Source: Candidatus Dormiibacterota bacterium
GTDB taxonomy: Bacteria > Chloroflexota > Dormibacteria > Aeolococcales > Aeolococcaceae
Direction of reading: 5' to 3'
Length of the DNA stretch: 64,000 nt
Assembly (NCBI GenBank): GCA_963709585.1
Contig: CAVPXI010000014.1
Location: 160,001-224,000 of the forward strand
How positions within the stretch are numbered: the first letter of the stretch is position 1; every line of letters begins with the position of its first letter. Below are positions 28,432 to 38,059 of the stretch, piece after piece. The translations under genes were made by a program, and so were the position numbers. Under the pieces are notes generated by a model, which searched no databases, was not told the origin of the DNA, and worked only from the letters and a program-made list of their open reading frames with translations.

Positions 28432-28495
28432 CACCCCTCACGAAGTAGGGCCGCAGGCGGCGTCGTTTCGTCAGCGCAAACGCGTTTGCCTGGTG

Positions 28496-28704
28496 ATCGG
28501 AATCACATTGGCATCAGATGAGCCCCTCGTTGAGTCGGCGTGGACGCGATATTTGCAATGTGAGCCGTCCAATTGCCTTATCTGCTAAGGGAAACGCGGA
28601 GCGATAGGGATTCGACCCCTCGTGGCGGGTTTCCCCACCAACCCGGATTTCCAGAGCGTTTGAGCGGGGTGCAAGACAGGGTACGGAGGGGCATTTCGTA
28701 TTCG
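28496..28704 (-). mobile_element. att-like junction 5: degenerate tRNA-Ser(GGA) 3' half (28596-28654), right arm truncated after ~50 bp
   Basis: Minus strand CTGGAAA...TTGGTGGGGAAACCCGCCAC-GAGGGGTCGAATCCCTATCGCTCCG; on the plus strand TGAGCGGGGTGCA and GGGGCATTTCGTATTC follow. Confidence 0.8.
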
Positions 28705-28980
28705 CGCGGTCGTCAGGGTTGGGCGGATGCGCAGCTAGATACTGCAGCTCAGCGGGTGAGATCGACTGCTGCGTCATCGGCACCGGACCGAGCGGTGCTC
28801 GATCAAGAAGAGCGGAATCGACACTTGTACGATCTCCTCACATCTAAGCCCGCGCTGGCCAAGGTGACCGAAGCCGAGCCCATGCGTCAGACCTATGCGG
28901 AGCGGGGAACCCCTGAGCGGCGACGCCTGATCGGTTAAGTCCCAGCGTCAGGCCGCTCAGCGTCCGAGCCCAAGTGGCAG

Positions 28981-29078
28981 TTACGCAGCCGGCGCGGGCG
29001 TGAGGAACTGGATGTCGTCGGCGACGATCTCGAGCGCGTAGCGCGGGGTCCGTCGAGCGCTGTCCACGTGCGGCCGGT
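28981..29078 (-). pseudogene. ssb: 3' remnant of a single-stranded DNA-binding protein gene
   Basis: Manual translation TGRTWTALDG-(shift)-TPRYALEIVADDIQFLTPAPAA* matches the SSB OB-fold end pattern R.W...DG..RY..EIVADDVQFL. Confidence 0.6.
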
Positions 29079-29246
29079 CTCTGTCCTACGGGACGCGTCT
29101 CAGCAGTGTCCGAACGGCTATGGCACAAGTCAGGCGCGAACGGCTCGTTGCGATCGGCCCTGCGGGTATGCGCTCCGCATTCCGGAAGCTACTTTCGGAG
29201 CGGTCTTCGGTGCGATTGTCGTGAGATTTCGCACTAAACTCTCTCC

Positions 29247-29789
29247 ATGGGAGACCAGCTCAAACTGCCCGCGATCCCGGGGCTCGAGAGGACAGATCCG
29301 GTGCTCACGCAGGTCGATTCGTCGATCAAATGGTACGACACAAATGCTCTGCGCGCGATGCGGATCCACTTCGGACTGCGAACCACTCAACTCGTACTCG
29401 CTACGCTCATACCAATTTCGCAGGTCTTCGATTGGGGCCTCCTATCTCGTGTGTTGGCGGCTGTCTTAGCTGGCGGGATTGCTCTCTCCCAGGGGCTCGA
29501 TTCGCTCCATCATTACGGGGAGCACTACGTGGGGTGGCGAGCCACTGCTCAGCGCATGCTTCGGGAGAGATTCCTATTCTCGGCACACGCCGGTGAATAC
29601 GAGAAATTCCCTGCTCTCTCCGAGGGTGCGCGCCAGGTCCTCGCGGCGAACGTGAATGCAATAGAGGCTCAGGAGAGCCAGTCATGGCAGTCACTTCAGG
29701 CTAAGACCAGCGGCTCGTTGGCGGCGCAGCCGGCGGGGAGCATGAGTCAAGCTGACGGTGCGGCGGACGGGCCCGGCACACCCCACTGA
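29247..29789 (+). CDS. DUF4231 (SLATT-like) two-TM protein
   Basis: IKWYDTNA...two TM helices...HYVGWRATAQRMLRERFLF; TAAACT-N6-ATG leaderless signal. Confidence 0.8.
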   Translation: MGDQLKLPAIPGLERTDPVLTQVDSSIKWYDTNALRAMRIHFGLRTTQLVLATLIPISQVFDWGLLSRVLAAVLAGGIALSQGLDSLHHYGEHYVGWRATAQRMLRERFLFSAHAGEYEKFPALSEGARQVLAANVNAIEAQESQSWQSLQAKTSGSLAAQPAGSMSQADGAADGPGTPH

Positions 29790-29870
29790 TACGTCATCCG
29801 AAGCGCTCGTGTCGGGGTAGTTTCGTTTGTAGGGGAGCGCACTACATGCGAGGAATTCCGGAGTGATGGG

Positions 29871-30076
29871 TCACTCTGATTGAAGCCTTCTAGGTCGCTC
29901 ATACTTGCGGCATTCAGAGCAGGGTCGCCGTCCGTCCTTCCCGGTGACGTCGTTGTGGTCCTCGCGGATTTTCCGCCCGATCTGACACTCGCTTCGGTCG
30001 TGGTAGACCTCCATAGCGCCTCCCCGTAGCGCAGCGAATAGACCCGAGTGTAGAACGCTGGCAAGGTCCCCACCAT
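29871..30076 (-). CDS. Small Cys/His-rich putative metal-binding protein (frameshift, or short form starting at 30014)
   Basis: PAFYT... plus EVYHDRSECQIGRKI...GKDGRRPCSECRK (H-x4-C ... CxxC). Confidence 0.5.
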
Positions 30077-30330
30077 CCCACCCTAGCTGCGCCTCGGAGC
30101 GGCGTCTGTCCGCTTGGTCACACATGCGTTTCAGCAATCGATCCTCAGTCTGCGGGTAGCGAACGGTGAGCCTTGACACTAGCGTAGGTCCGCGGGCGAC
30201 ATCTGATACATCTGATAAGTGGTAAGGTTTTCGTGCTCCGGCTGTCGCAGGTAGCGTTCTTTCCGCCACAGTGGCGGGGCGACCCTAGTTGGACCCGCAT
30301 CGGGGGATCTCTACGAGCTGCACGATGAAA

Positions 30331-30765
30331 CTAGAGTTCATCAAGCACCGTCCGCGCCCGCCGCATAGCATCTAGCGCTGCTGGAAAGCCACAGTACGCG
30401 GCGCTTTGAAGAATAACCTCGCATACCTCGTGCTCCGTGCAGCCGTTGTTGATGGCGCCCCTAACATGAGCCTGAAGCTCTTCCAGTCGGTTGAGGGCTA
30501 TGAGCATGCCTATTGTCAACAGACTCCGCGTGGTCCTGGGGAGCCCGGGACGACTTCAGACCCTCCCCCACGCGACCTCTGTGACAAATCGCTGCAACTC
30601 TTCGTGCAAAAGATTCGTTCCCGTCATTGCACGTGTGACATGCTCGTCGCCCAAGACTTGGCGTCTAACAGCGAGACCCTCGTCATAGGTTGACGCTGCC
30701 CCGAGCGCCACCGGGTTATTGGGCATGCCCAGTGCGGACTCTCGTTCGCTGACGTCCTCGCTCAT
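30331..30765 (-). pseudogene. Carboxymuconolactone decarboxylase (PcaC-like) with in-frame TGA at a conserved Trp
   Basis: GLAVRRQVLG...EVAWGRV*SRPGLPRTTRSLLTIGMLIAL...HVRGAINNG...AYCGFPAA in a single frame; stop at 30556-30558. Confidence 0.85.
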
Positions 30766-31077
30766 GACTGCCTCCTTTCGCCTCTAACCATTCGAGGCAT
30801 TAGCGCGTAGGTGGATCAGGCGCGGGCCGCGATGCAGCGTAACAACGGACCGCGAACCTCACGTCTTGGACATAGTCGTGCAAAGGTCGGGGGGCAGTCT
30901 CGGAAGAACCTCAGACCATTCGGAGTTGGATAAGTCGCGCCGCATCTGGGTCAGCCACGAGTACTTGCCCATCCACATCTGTGGCCTGGACGAGGATTTC
31001 GCCGTTGCCTAAACCCGTTGGCCCAAGCATAATCAGATCCACTCAATTGTCCGATATTTTAGGTTAGGCTTACGCGA

Positions 31078-31800
31078 ATGGGAGTGAGACGCCCAGCATA
31101 CGTTGCTGTCGCTGACCATTTACGTGAAATGATCCTGGCGGGCGCCCTGCCCGCCGGCGAGCGCTTGCCGACCGAGGCCGAGCTCGGTGCACAGTTTGGG
31201 GTGAGCCGGAGCACGATCCGCGAGGCTCTCAAGATGCTCTCGTCGATCCGACTTGTTGCCACAAGCCGCGGGGTTTCCGGCGGAAGCATGGTCACAGTCG
31301 GCAATCCGGACGATGTCTCGAAACTGCTGCAGGTGGGCATCACGCAGTTGACTGCCGCGGAGAAATGCACTGTCGACGAGCTGCTCCAGACGCGCGAACT
31401 GCTCGAGGTGCCGGCCGCACGGCTCGCCGCTCAGTTTCGGACCTCGACGCAGATCAATAGCCTGTCAGAGGCGATCCCGCGCTCACTGGCCGACGCCGAC
31501 GGCGGGCAGTTGTTCGAATTGAACCGATTGTTCCACCGTGTCATCCTCGAGGCATCGGGCAACCGCCTGCTGTCGGTTATCACCGAACCTATTTTCTTCG
31601 TACTACAGACACGCTTCTTGCGCGACCGCGCGACGCCAGAGTTCTGGCGTGACGTCAACACTCAACACGCCTCAATCCTCGAAGCGGTAACCCGGGGCGA
31701 CCGCGAACTCGCGGGAGCGAGGATGCAGGAACATTTGCGCCAACTTGGGACCACGTACCGGCGCATCGACACTCATCGGCGGCGGTCGGCGGAAAGCTAA
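31078..31800 (+). CDS. FadR-subfamily GntR regulator
   Basis: GERLPTEAELGAQFGVSRSTIREAL; FCD FHRVILEASGN; TAGGCT-N7-ATG leaderless signal. Confidence 0.92.
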   Translation: MGVRRPAYVAVADHLREMILAGALPAGERLPTEAELGAQFGVSRSTIREALKMLSSIRLVATSRGVSGGSMVTVGNPDDVSKLLQVGITQLTAAEKCTVDELLQTRELLEVPAARLAAQFRTSTQINSLSEAIPRSLADADGGQLFELNRLFHRVILEASGNRLLSVITEPIFFVLQTRFLRDRATPEFWRDVNTQHASILEAVTRGDRELAGARMQEHLRQLGTTYRRIDTHRRRSAES

Positions 31801-31805
31801 GGCGC

Positions 31806-33524
31806 TTATGGCCGGGTTCGATTATCGACACCTGGCAGCATTCGCCCGGGATCCCTGGTAACCCGAACATCGACGATAGTAGGAAGGTCGTCGTGTTCAA
31901 AGGCTTCCAACAAGGCGGGCTTGAGCTCAGAGGGCTGGTCGACACGGATCCCGTGACAGCCGAAGGCTCGCGCAATGGTTGCGTAGTCCATCTCCACCAG
32001 ATCGCTGGACTGATAGTGCGCCTCACCGTACATAGCGTGCTGTAGCGCCTTGACGTAGCCGGACGCGGCATTATTGACCACGATGAGCGTGAAGACGGCT
32101 CCGGTTCGCCGAGCGGTCTCAAGCTCACCGATGGACATGTTCATGCCGCCATCGCCCGTCAGCCCCACGACAGGCCGCTCCGGCGCCGCCAGGGCAGCGC
32201 CTATCGACCCCGGCAGGCCATAGCCTATGGACGCAAACCCGCGGTCAGACACAAACGAACGCCCTGGGGTACGCACGTCATAGAGAAGGCCGGCCCAGTG
32301 CGCAGCAAATCCGCCGTCCGCGACCACTACAGCGTTGTCCGAGTTCACGGCATTCAGCTCTGCCAACAACCGACCCATCGTCACCGGGGTTTCATCGCTA
32401 CGACGAATGGCGGTGGTACTTTCCTGCCACTTTTCGCGACTGAGTCGCACCTCTTCGACGTAGTCCGCGCGTTGCGCCCGTCGCTTGCGGTCCATGGCAG
32501 CACCCAGATCCTCGAGTGCAGACCGCGCATCGGCACACAACGCGACGTCTACCGCGGTCCAGCGCCCGAGTTCTTCGGCAACAATGTCGACTTGAATGAG
32601 GGGAATACCTCGCCGTGGCAGTTCGTAGCGGCGCGTAGCGATCTCACCGAGCTTGCAACCGATCACCAGCAGGCAGTCCGAATTCTCGATCAATTCGTTG
32701 GCAATGCGCGAATACCGGCCGAAAAGCCCGGCGCAGAGGTCGGAGGAGTCGGCGATCGCTCCCTTGCCACTGAGCGTATACGCAACCGGGATGCCATGGT
32801 CTTCGGCAAAGGTGCACAGTGCGGTAGTTGCCCCTGAAAGATGCACTCCTCCGCCGGCGAGGATGAGCGGACGCCGCGCAACGTCAAGTATCGCGGCGGC
32901 CCGGACGACGTCGTCTGCAGAGGCACGCACGGGACGCGACGGAATCCTCGTCGTGGTCGGATCGATCCAGAACTCTTCCGGGCCGAAGGTATGCTCGCCG
33001 TGAGCCACATCCTCAGGCACGTCGAGCACGACCGGGCCGGGTCGACCCGCCGTGGCCACGCTGAACGCGCGTCTCATTAGCTCAGGAATCCGCTCTATTC
33101 GTTCAATCCGAATCAGGTCTTTGGCTGCGGGTCTGAGGATCGCGGTTTGATTTGCTTCCTGGGTCATGTTGCGACCTGAGCTGCCTCGTTCGGTATCGCC
33201 CACCAGAGCAACGAGCGGCGTGCCAGCATTCAGTGCCTCGACCAACCCGGTAACGAGATTAGTAGCGCCCGGACCGAGGGTTGCGTCGCACACTCCCGGG
33301 CGGCTCGTCAGGCGTGCGCCCGCATCCGCGGCGAAGATCCCGCTTCGTTCGTCATTGATTAGGTGATGCGTGAGTCCCTGCTTGCGGACGGCGTCGTAAT
33401 ACGGGAGCAATTGGAAGCCCCCCATGCCGAAGATCAGATTGACGCCGTGGCGCTGCAGCATCTCGGCTAGCGCCTGGCCACCGGTCATCCGCTGTTCAGT
33501 CTGCATCACGGGCTCCCAGTACAT
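31806..33524 (-). CDS. ThDP-dependent enzyme (acetolactate synthase-like)
   Basis: DERSG, ATLGPGATN, GPVVLDVP, GDGGMNMSIGELETA...NN. Confidence 0.9.
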   Translation of the reverse strand: MYWEPVMQTEQRMTGGQALAEMLQRHGVNLIFGMGGFQLLPYYDAVRKQGLTHHLINDERSGIFAADAGARLTSRPGVCDATLGPGATNLVTGLVEALNAGTPLVALVGDTERGSSGRNMTQEANQTAILRPAAKDLIRIERIERIPELMRRAFSVATAGRPGPVVLDVPEDVAHGEHTFGPEEFWIDPTTTRIPSRPVRASADDVVRAAAILDVARRPLILAGGGVHLSGATTALCTFAEDHGIPVAYTLSGKGAIADSSDLCAGLFGRYSRIANELIENSDCLLVIGCKLGEIATRRYELPRRGIPLIQVDIVAEELGRWTAVDVALCADARSALEDLGAAMDRKRRAQRADYVEEVRLSREKWQESTTAIRRSDETPVTMGRLLAELNAVNSDNAVVVADGGFAAHWAGLLYDVRTPGRSFVSDRGFASIGYGLPGSIGAALAAPERPVVGLTGDGGMNMSIGELETARRTGAVFTLIVVNNAASGYVKALQHAMYGEAHYQSSDLVEMDYATIARAFGCHGIRVDQPSELKPALLEAFEHDDLPTIVDVRVTRDPGRMLPGVDNRTRP

Positions 33525-34335
33525 CTCCCTTAGCCCGTATCGCAGCGTCCGCTACAGCCACGCAGAACTCCGGTACGTGCATTCCTATCGACGCGCCAAC
33601 ATCGATCGCAACATTGTTCATTGCCGAAACTACGCCATCGTTGTATGTGGACATGCCGTCTCCAATGCGAGCCGAGAGATGGTATACCGTCGCGGCCGCG
33701 ATTCCGCGGCCATTTAGAGCTGCAAGGCGGCCAACGCCGGCCGCGTCAATTCCCATCCCGGCGTCGTTGTAAACCGCCGCGAGAGCGTCGACGTGCAACG
33801 CTTCTTTGGCGTGCCCCCCGAGCAGCGCGCCGTGCGAACCGGTCACGAGAATCTGACCAGTGTCCGACTGGCGCACCAGTGAGACTAAGTCGAGCGCCCA
33901 GATCCCAGGCTGACCCTCGCGCGCGAGATGACGAGACTCCCGGATCGGGGGCACATCGCGGTTAAGCGGCTCGGCGCCCTCGAAGAGGCGTGCGGCGACT
34001 GCCGACGGCGCACCGACCGTGCACCCCAAAACTGTCCCGGCGTGATTCACATGTGTGATGACGCCGCGCCTGAGTGTGTCAACCGCATCGCCGATCCGCG
34101 CAGTGTCGTGGCCAACCGTAGCCGCGGCAATGCCAAGGTCGTCGAGCCACGCAAGCCCCGAGTACCCTGCGTCGTCCCGGCCGCCGCCAGCGTCATTGAA
34201 GATAATGGCCGTGGCTCCACGTGATGCTGCCACATACGCTGCATACACTGCTCCGTGAGAGCCGGTGATCACTAGCGTACTCACGTTGTGCCCCAGTCGC
34301 GTGACACTGTCAACGAGGATCAAATGTCGCCCCAC
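33496..34335 (-). CDS. Hypothetical protein with two tandem homologous domains
   Basis: Repeated DS/LV..TGSHG...NDAG.G.D.AG..L..L...GIAAATV....ARIGD motif. Confidence 0.8.
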   Translation of the reverse strand: MGRHLILVDSVTRLGHNVSTLVITGSHGAVYAAYVAASRGATAIIFNDAGGGRDDAGYSGLAWLDDLGIAAATVGHDTARIGDAVDTLRRGVITHVNHAGTVLGCTVGAPSAVAARLFEGAEPLNRDVPPIRESRHLAREGQPGIWALDLVSLVRQSDTGQILVTGSHGALLGGHAKEALHVDALAAVYNDAGMGIDAAGVGRLAALNGRGIAAATVYHLSARIGDGMSTYNDGVVSAMNNVAIDVGASIGMHVPEFCVAVADAAIRAKGDVLGARDAD

Positions 34336-35186
34336 GAAGACGGGCGGCTCCCTCGACGCGATCCATTCGTACCCTCGTCCCGTCTGACCATGTCACGAAA
34401 TGCCGCGATGGGCGGTCGCTTGCCGGACGGACCAATCGACGCCTCCAGTTTCGCTGCTTCCGCGAGGAGCCAACGCACTACCGACTGACGTCGCCGACCC
34501 ACAAGGCGGCTGCTTACAGCGGCGACGCTGATCGCCGCTACCGGCTGTCCGTTGCTCCCGCGGACGGGCACCCCTACGGCGCTCATGTCCGGAATCACGC
34601 GCGCATCATTGAGAGCGTACCCCTCGCGCCAACTCCGCTCGACCAACGAGCGAATGATGGAGGTATTGAGCTTTCCGAATGATCGATACCGCTCCGAATT
34701 GGCCTCAATGCAACGGTCGGCTTCGTCATCACGGAGGAAGGACAGAACGGCGAGACTGCCTGCGCCGACGCCGAGGGGGCGTCGGTCGCCGACGTTCAGC
34801 GTCAGCGTCTTGATGGGAAAGCTCCCCACGACCCTCTCGACGCACACCGCCTCGATGCCGCTGCGCGCCGTCAAGAAGACGGTGTCGCCGGTACGATCTG
34901 CAAGACGGTGCATGCCCTCTATGGCGAGTTCCGAAAGCCCGAAACGATTGGCCGCGGCCGCACCGATGGTCAGCAGTTCAAACCCTGGGTAGAGCGTGGT
35001 GTCGTCCGCGTCCTGCTCCACAAGGCCCGAGCGAATCAGCGTGCTCAGGATGCGGTGAGAGGTCGACTTGCTCAGTCCCGTCATCGTGCTGACTTCACCG
35101 AGTCGCACGCCGAGGCCTCGTCGGCTGCACACCGACCGAAGCACCGAAATCGCTCGATCGATGCTCTGAACGCTCGGCGTTTCCAT
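34320..35186 (-). CDS. IclR family regulator
   Basis: VQSIDRAISVL, GLSKSTSHRIL, GAGSLAVL, SAVGVPV...AAISV. Confidence 0.92.
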   Translation of the reverse strand: METPSVQSIDRAISVLRSVCSRRGLGVRLGEVSTMTGLSKSTSHRILSTLIRSGLVEQDADDTTLYPGFELLTIGAAAANRFGLSELAIEGMHRLADRTGDTVFLTARSGIEAVCVERVVGSFPIKTLTLNVGDRRPLGVGAGSLAVLSFLRDDEADRCIEANSERYRSFGKLNTSIIRSLVERSWREGYALNDARVIPDMSAVGVPVRGSNGQPVAAISVAAVSSRLVGRRRQSVVRWLLAEAAKLEASIGPSGKRPPIAAFRDMVRRDEGTNGSRRGSRPSSWGDI

Positions 35187-35240
35187 TGAAGCGATCCTCC
35201 CCGGGGGAGCTGCTCTTCAGCCTTGACCGGCCGTACTGCT

Positions 35241-35278
35241 GTCCCGTAGTATGGCACCCCTATCCCATCCAGTGGAAT
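35241..35278. promoter_or_regulatory. Putative IclR operator pair in the divergent intergenic region
   Basis: GTCCCGTAGTATGGCAC and ATCCCATCCAGTGGAAT resemble TTCC-N7-GGAA IclR boxes. Confidence 0.4.
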
Positions 35279-36299
35279 GAGGGCCGTAATGGTTGTCGTC
35301 CCCACTGTGCTTGGCGGGGTCCCCAGTGATCGACTGGGGGCCACGTACATGCACGAGCACATCTTCACACTCGATCTGGAAATCGAGTTGAACTATCCCG
35401 AGGGCTGGGACGAGACCGAGCGCGTCGCCGGCGCCGTTGCGAAACTACAGCACCTCAAGGAACGTGGCATCGATACGATCGTCGACCTCACCGTCCTCGG
35501 GTTGGGGCGCTACATCCCGCGGATTCAGAGGATCGCCGAACAGGTGGACCTCAACATCGTTGTGTCCACAGGCCTCTACACCTACAACGACCTTCCTCTG
35601 CAGTTCGGATTTCAGGATCCTGAAGGGCCATTCGGCTTCAAGTCCGAGCCTCTTGTGGAGATGTTCGAGCGCGACATCCTGAACGGAATCGCCGATACCG
35701 GAGTGCGTGCCGGAATGTTGAAATTCGCGACTGACGAGCCTGGACTCACCAAAGGCGTGGTGCGCGTCATCCGCGCGGTCGCAGCAACTCACAAACGCAC
35801 GCGGACGCCGATCACAACGCACTCGAATGCTCCTCTTCGTCAGGGGGTTGACCAGCAGCGTCTGCTGCGTGAAGCTGGTGTGGATTTGAGCAGCGTCATA
35901 GTCGGCCACAGTGGCGACACAGACGATCTCGCCTATCTCCGCCAGCTGATGGACGCGGGTTCGTACATCGGGATGGATCGTTTTGGGCTCGACAACATCC
36001 TTGCCTTCGAGCGTCGCTGCCAGGTGGTGGCGCAGCTGGCCGCGGAGGGGTACGCAAACCGAATGGTCCTCTCGCAGGATACCTGCGCGTCTTCGCGGTT
36101 CATGGACCAGGACCGGCTTGCTGCGCTCGTGCCCCACTGGCACTATGAGCACATTATCGACGATGTCCTGCCGGAGTTGCGGCGACTTGGGGTCTCTCAA
36201 GGCCAGATCGATGAGATGCTCGTCGCGAACCCTCGGCAGATATTCGAGTCGACCGCTGTCATGGAACGAACCACCGTCGAACAGGAGGCATCTTCGTGA
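35277..36299 (+). CDS. Phosphotriesterase family / PTE-like lactonase
   Basis: MHEH, DLTVLGLGR, STGLY, LKFA, ITTH, GHSGD, GMDRFG, LSQD, NP. Confidence 0.92.
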   Translation: MRAVMVVVPTVLGGVPSDRLGATYMHEHIFTLDLEIELNYPEGWDETERVAGAVAKLQHLKERGIDTIVDLTVLGLGRYIPRIQRIAEQVDLNIVVSTGLYTYNDLPLQFGFQDPEGPFGFKSEPLVEMFERDILNGIADTGVRAGMLKFATDEPGLTKGVVRVIRAVAATHKRTRTPITTHSNAPLRQGVDQQRLLREAGVDLSSVIVGHSGDTDDLAYLRQLMDAGSYIGMDRFGLDNILAFERRCQVVAQLAAEGYANRMVLSQDTCASSRFMDQDRLAALVPHWHYEHIIDDVLPELRRLGVSQGQIDEMLVANPRQIFESTAVMERTTVEQEASS

Positions 36300-38008
36300 A
36301 GGCTTACGAGGCATTCGCCGACGCGCTAATCGCGGAAGGGACCGAAGTCGTGTTCGGCGTTCTCGGTGGAGACAATGACGCATGGGTGCACTACCTCGAC
36401 GGCAAGGGTATTCGGTACATCCCGGCGCGTCATGAGCAAGGTGCAGTCGGGATGGCCGACGGCTACGCACGCGCGACAGGACGTCCCGGCATCGCGACTG
36501 TCACGCTCGGTCCCGGTCTTACCAATGCGATCACGCCGATGACGGCCGCCCGCCTCAGCGGATCACCTCTCATCACCATCATCGGGCAGGCGCGTGACGG
36601 CGACGGTAAGTCAGATCGATTCGGAAACATGATCATCGATCAGGAGGCGCTGCTACGCGGAAGCATCGGAACGGTGATGCGACTGAGCGGCCCTGAGCGG
36701 ATGGGCCCTGAAGTGCAAGCGTGCTTCCGCCATGTCCGGCTCGGACGTGGCCCCGCCGCATTCGTTGCGCGATGGGATCTTCTTGACCGGCGCGACGTGC
36801 CGCCCGATTGGCGCTACAGGATTTCAACGGACGCGCTGCCGCAGCGGCAGGTGGTAATGCCCGACCCCACACGAATCGAGGCAATCGCCTCAATGATATC
36901 GGCGAGCAAAAGACCTGTGATCCTCGCGGGCCGCGGGGCCATTCTCTCTAATGCCCATGACGCGTTAGTGGAACTGGCCGACCGAGTGGGTGCTGTCCTG
37001 ACCACCTCTCTCCAGGGTCGCGGCTGGTTTGACGGTGAAGCTTTCAGCGTCGGCGCGAGCGGCGGCTTTGCGTGGTCGGATACGCGAGCGATCCTCGAGC
37101 GAGCCGATCTGGTGATCGGGTTCGGCGCGAGTTTCAATCACTACACCCTCGATCACGGGCGGCTCTACCAGAACGCAAGGCTCGTTCATATCGATTCCGA
37201 CAGCCAGCACGTTGCCGATATCGCCCCGTTCGTGAACGAATCCGTCGTAGGCGACGCCAACCAGACTGCTCGGGAACTCCTCGCGACGATTTCCGAGCGC
37301 ACGCCGCGTTGGCGAACTGCGGAACTGGCGGCTGAAATCGAAGCTATCGACAAGTGGCGTGGGATCGAATTCGAGGATCGGCCCGACAGCATCGATCCGC
37401 GGCTAGTCTCCAAGGTCTGCGACGAGCTGCTCCCACGCAACAAGATCGTGGCCATTGACATTGGCCACTTCATGGCTTCTGTCGCGATACACATGACCGT
37501 CTCACACCCTTTTGACCTTGTAATTCCGTGGAGGCTCGGCGCCATGGGGTGTGCTCTTCCTCAGGCGATCGGCACCGCCGTAGCTCGCCCAGATCGTCTC
37601 ACCGTGCTCTTCATCGGAGATGGCGGAATCATGACGACGGCAACTGAGCTCGATACGGCCGTGAGAGCCCAGGTGCCCTTGCTCGTGGTTGTCGTCGACG
37701 ATGATGGATATGGTGCCGAACGCTACGGTTGCAAGGTGACGGGCAAGTCGCCGCACCTGATCAACTTCAAGAATCCGGACTACGCAACTGTTGCACGTGG
37801 ATTCGGCATGAACGCCGAGCGTATCTCAGATCCAGAGACCTTGCGACAGACGCTAAAGCGGATCGGCTATGAGGGAATCGACCGCCCGACCCTACTTGAC
37901 GTGAAGGTGCATCAGGACGTGTACACAGAAGAAATCTTCAAGGCCATGACCAGTTTCAGAGGTCGAGACTTAGTGCCGGCGGTCGCCCCAATCGCCGTGC
38001 CTGCGTAG
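36296..38008 (+). CDS. ThDP-dependent enzyme
   Basis: RHEQGAVGMADGYAR, TLGPGLTN, GDGG...DDDGYG. Confidence 0.9.
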   Translation: MKAYEAFADALIAEGTEVVFGVLGGDNDAWVHYLDGKGIRYIPARHEQGAVGMADGYARATGRPGIATVTLGPGLTNAITPMTAARLSGSPLITIIGQARDGDGKSDRFGNMIIDQEALLRGSIGTVMRLSGPERMGPEVQACFRHVRLGRGPAAFVARWDLLDRRDVPPDWRYRISTDALPQRQVVMPDPTRIEAIASMISASKRPVILAGRGAILSNAHDALVELADRVGAVLTTSLQGRGWFDGEAFSVGASGGFAWSDTRAILERADLVIGFGASFNHYTLDHGRLYQNARLVHIDSDSQHVADIAPFVNESVVGDANQTARELLATISERTPRWRTAELAAEIEAIDKWRGIEFEDRPDSIDPRLVSKVCDELLPRNKIVAIDIGHFMASVAIHMTVSHPFDLVIPWRLGAMGCALPQAIGTAVARPDRLTVLFIGDGGIMTTATELDTAVRAQVPLLVVVVDDDGYGAERYGCKVTGKSPHLINFKNPDYATVARGFGMNAERISDPETLRQTLKRIGYEGIDRPTLLDVKVHQDVYTEEIFKAMTSFRGRDLVPAVAPIAVPA

Positions 38009-38059
38009 CGGTGCCGTGAAGTGATCTCGCGACCCATGTAAGCTCCTTCCCAATCCACC

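Noticed and set aside
2057-28654. CRISPR array interpretation of the repeats
   Set aside because: Repeats are kilobases apart, tRNA-derived and separated by genes; no cas genes seen.
30331-30765. Alternative genetic code (TGA = Trp)
   Set aside because: Many clear genes in the window end in TGA at family-typical C-termini.
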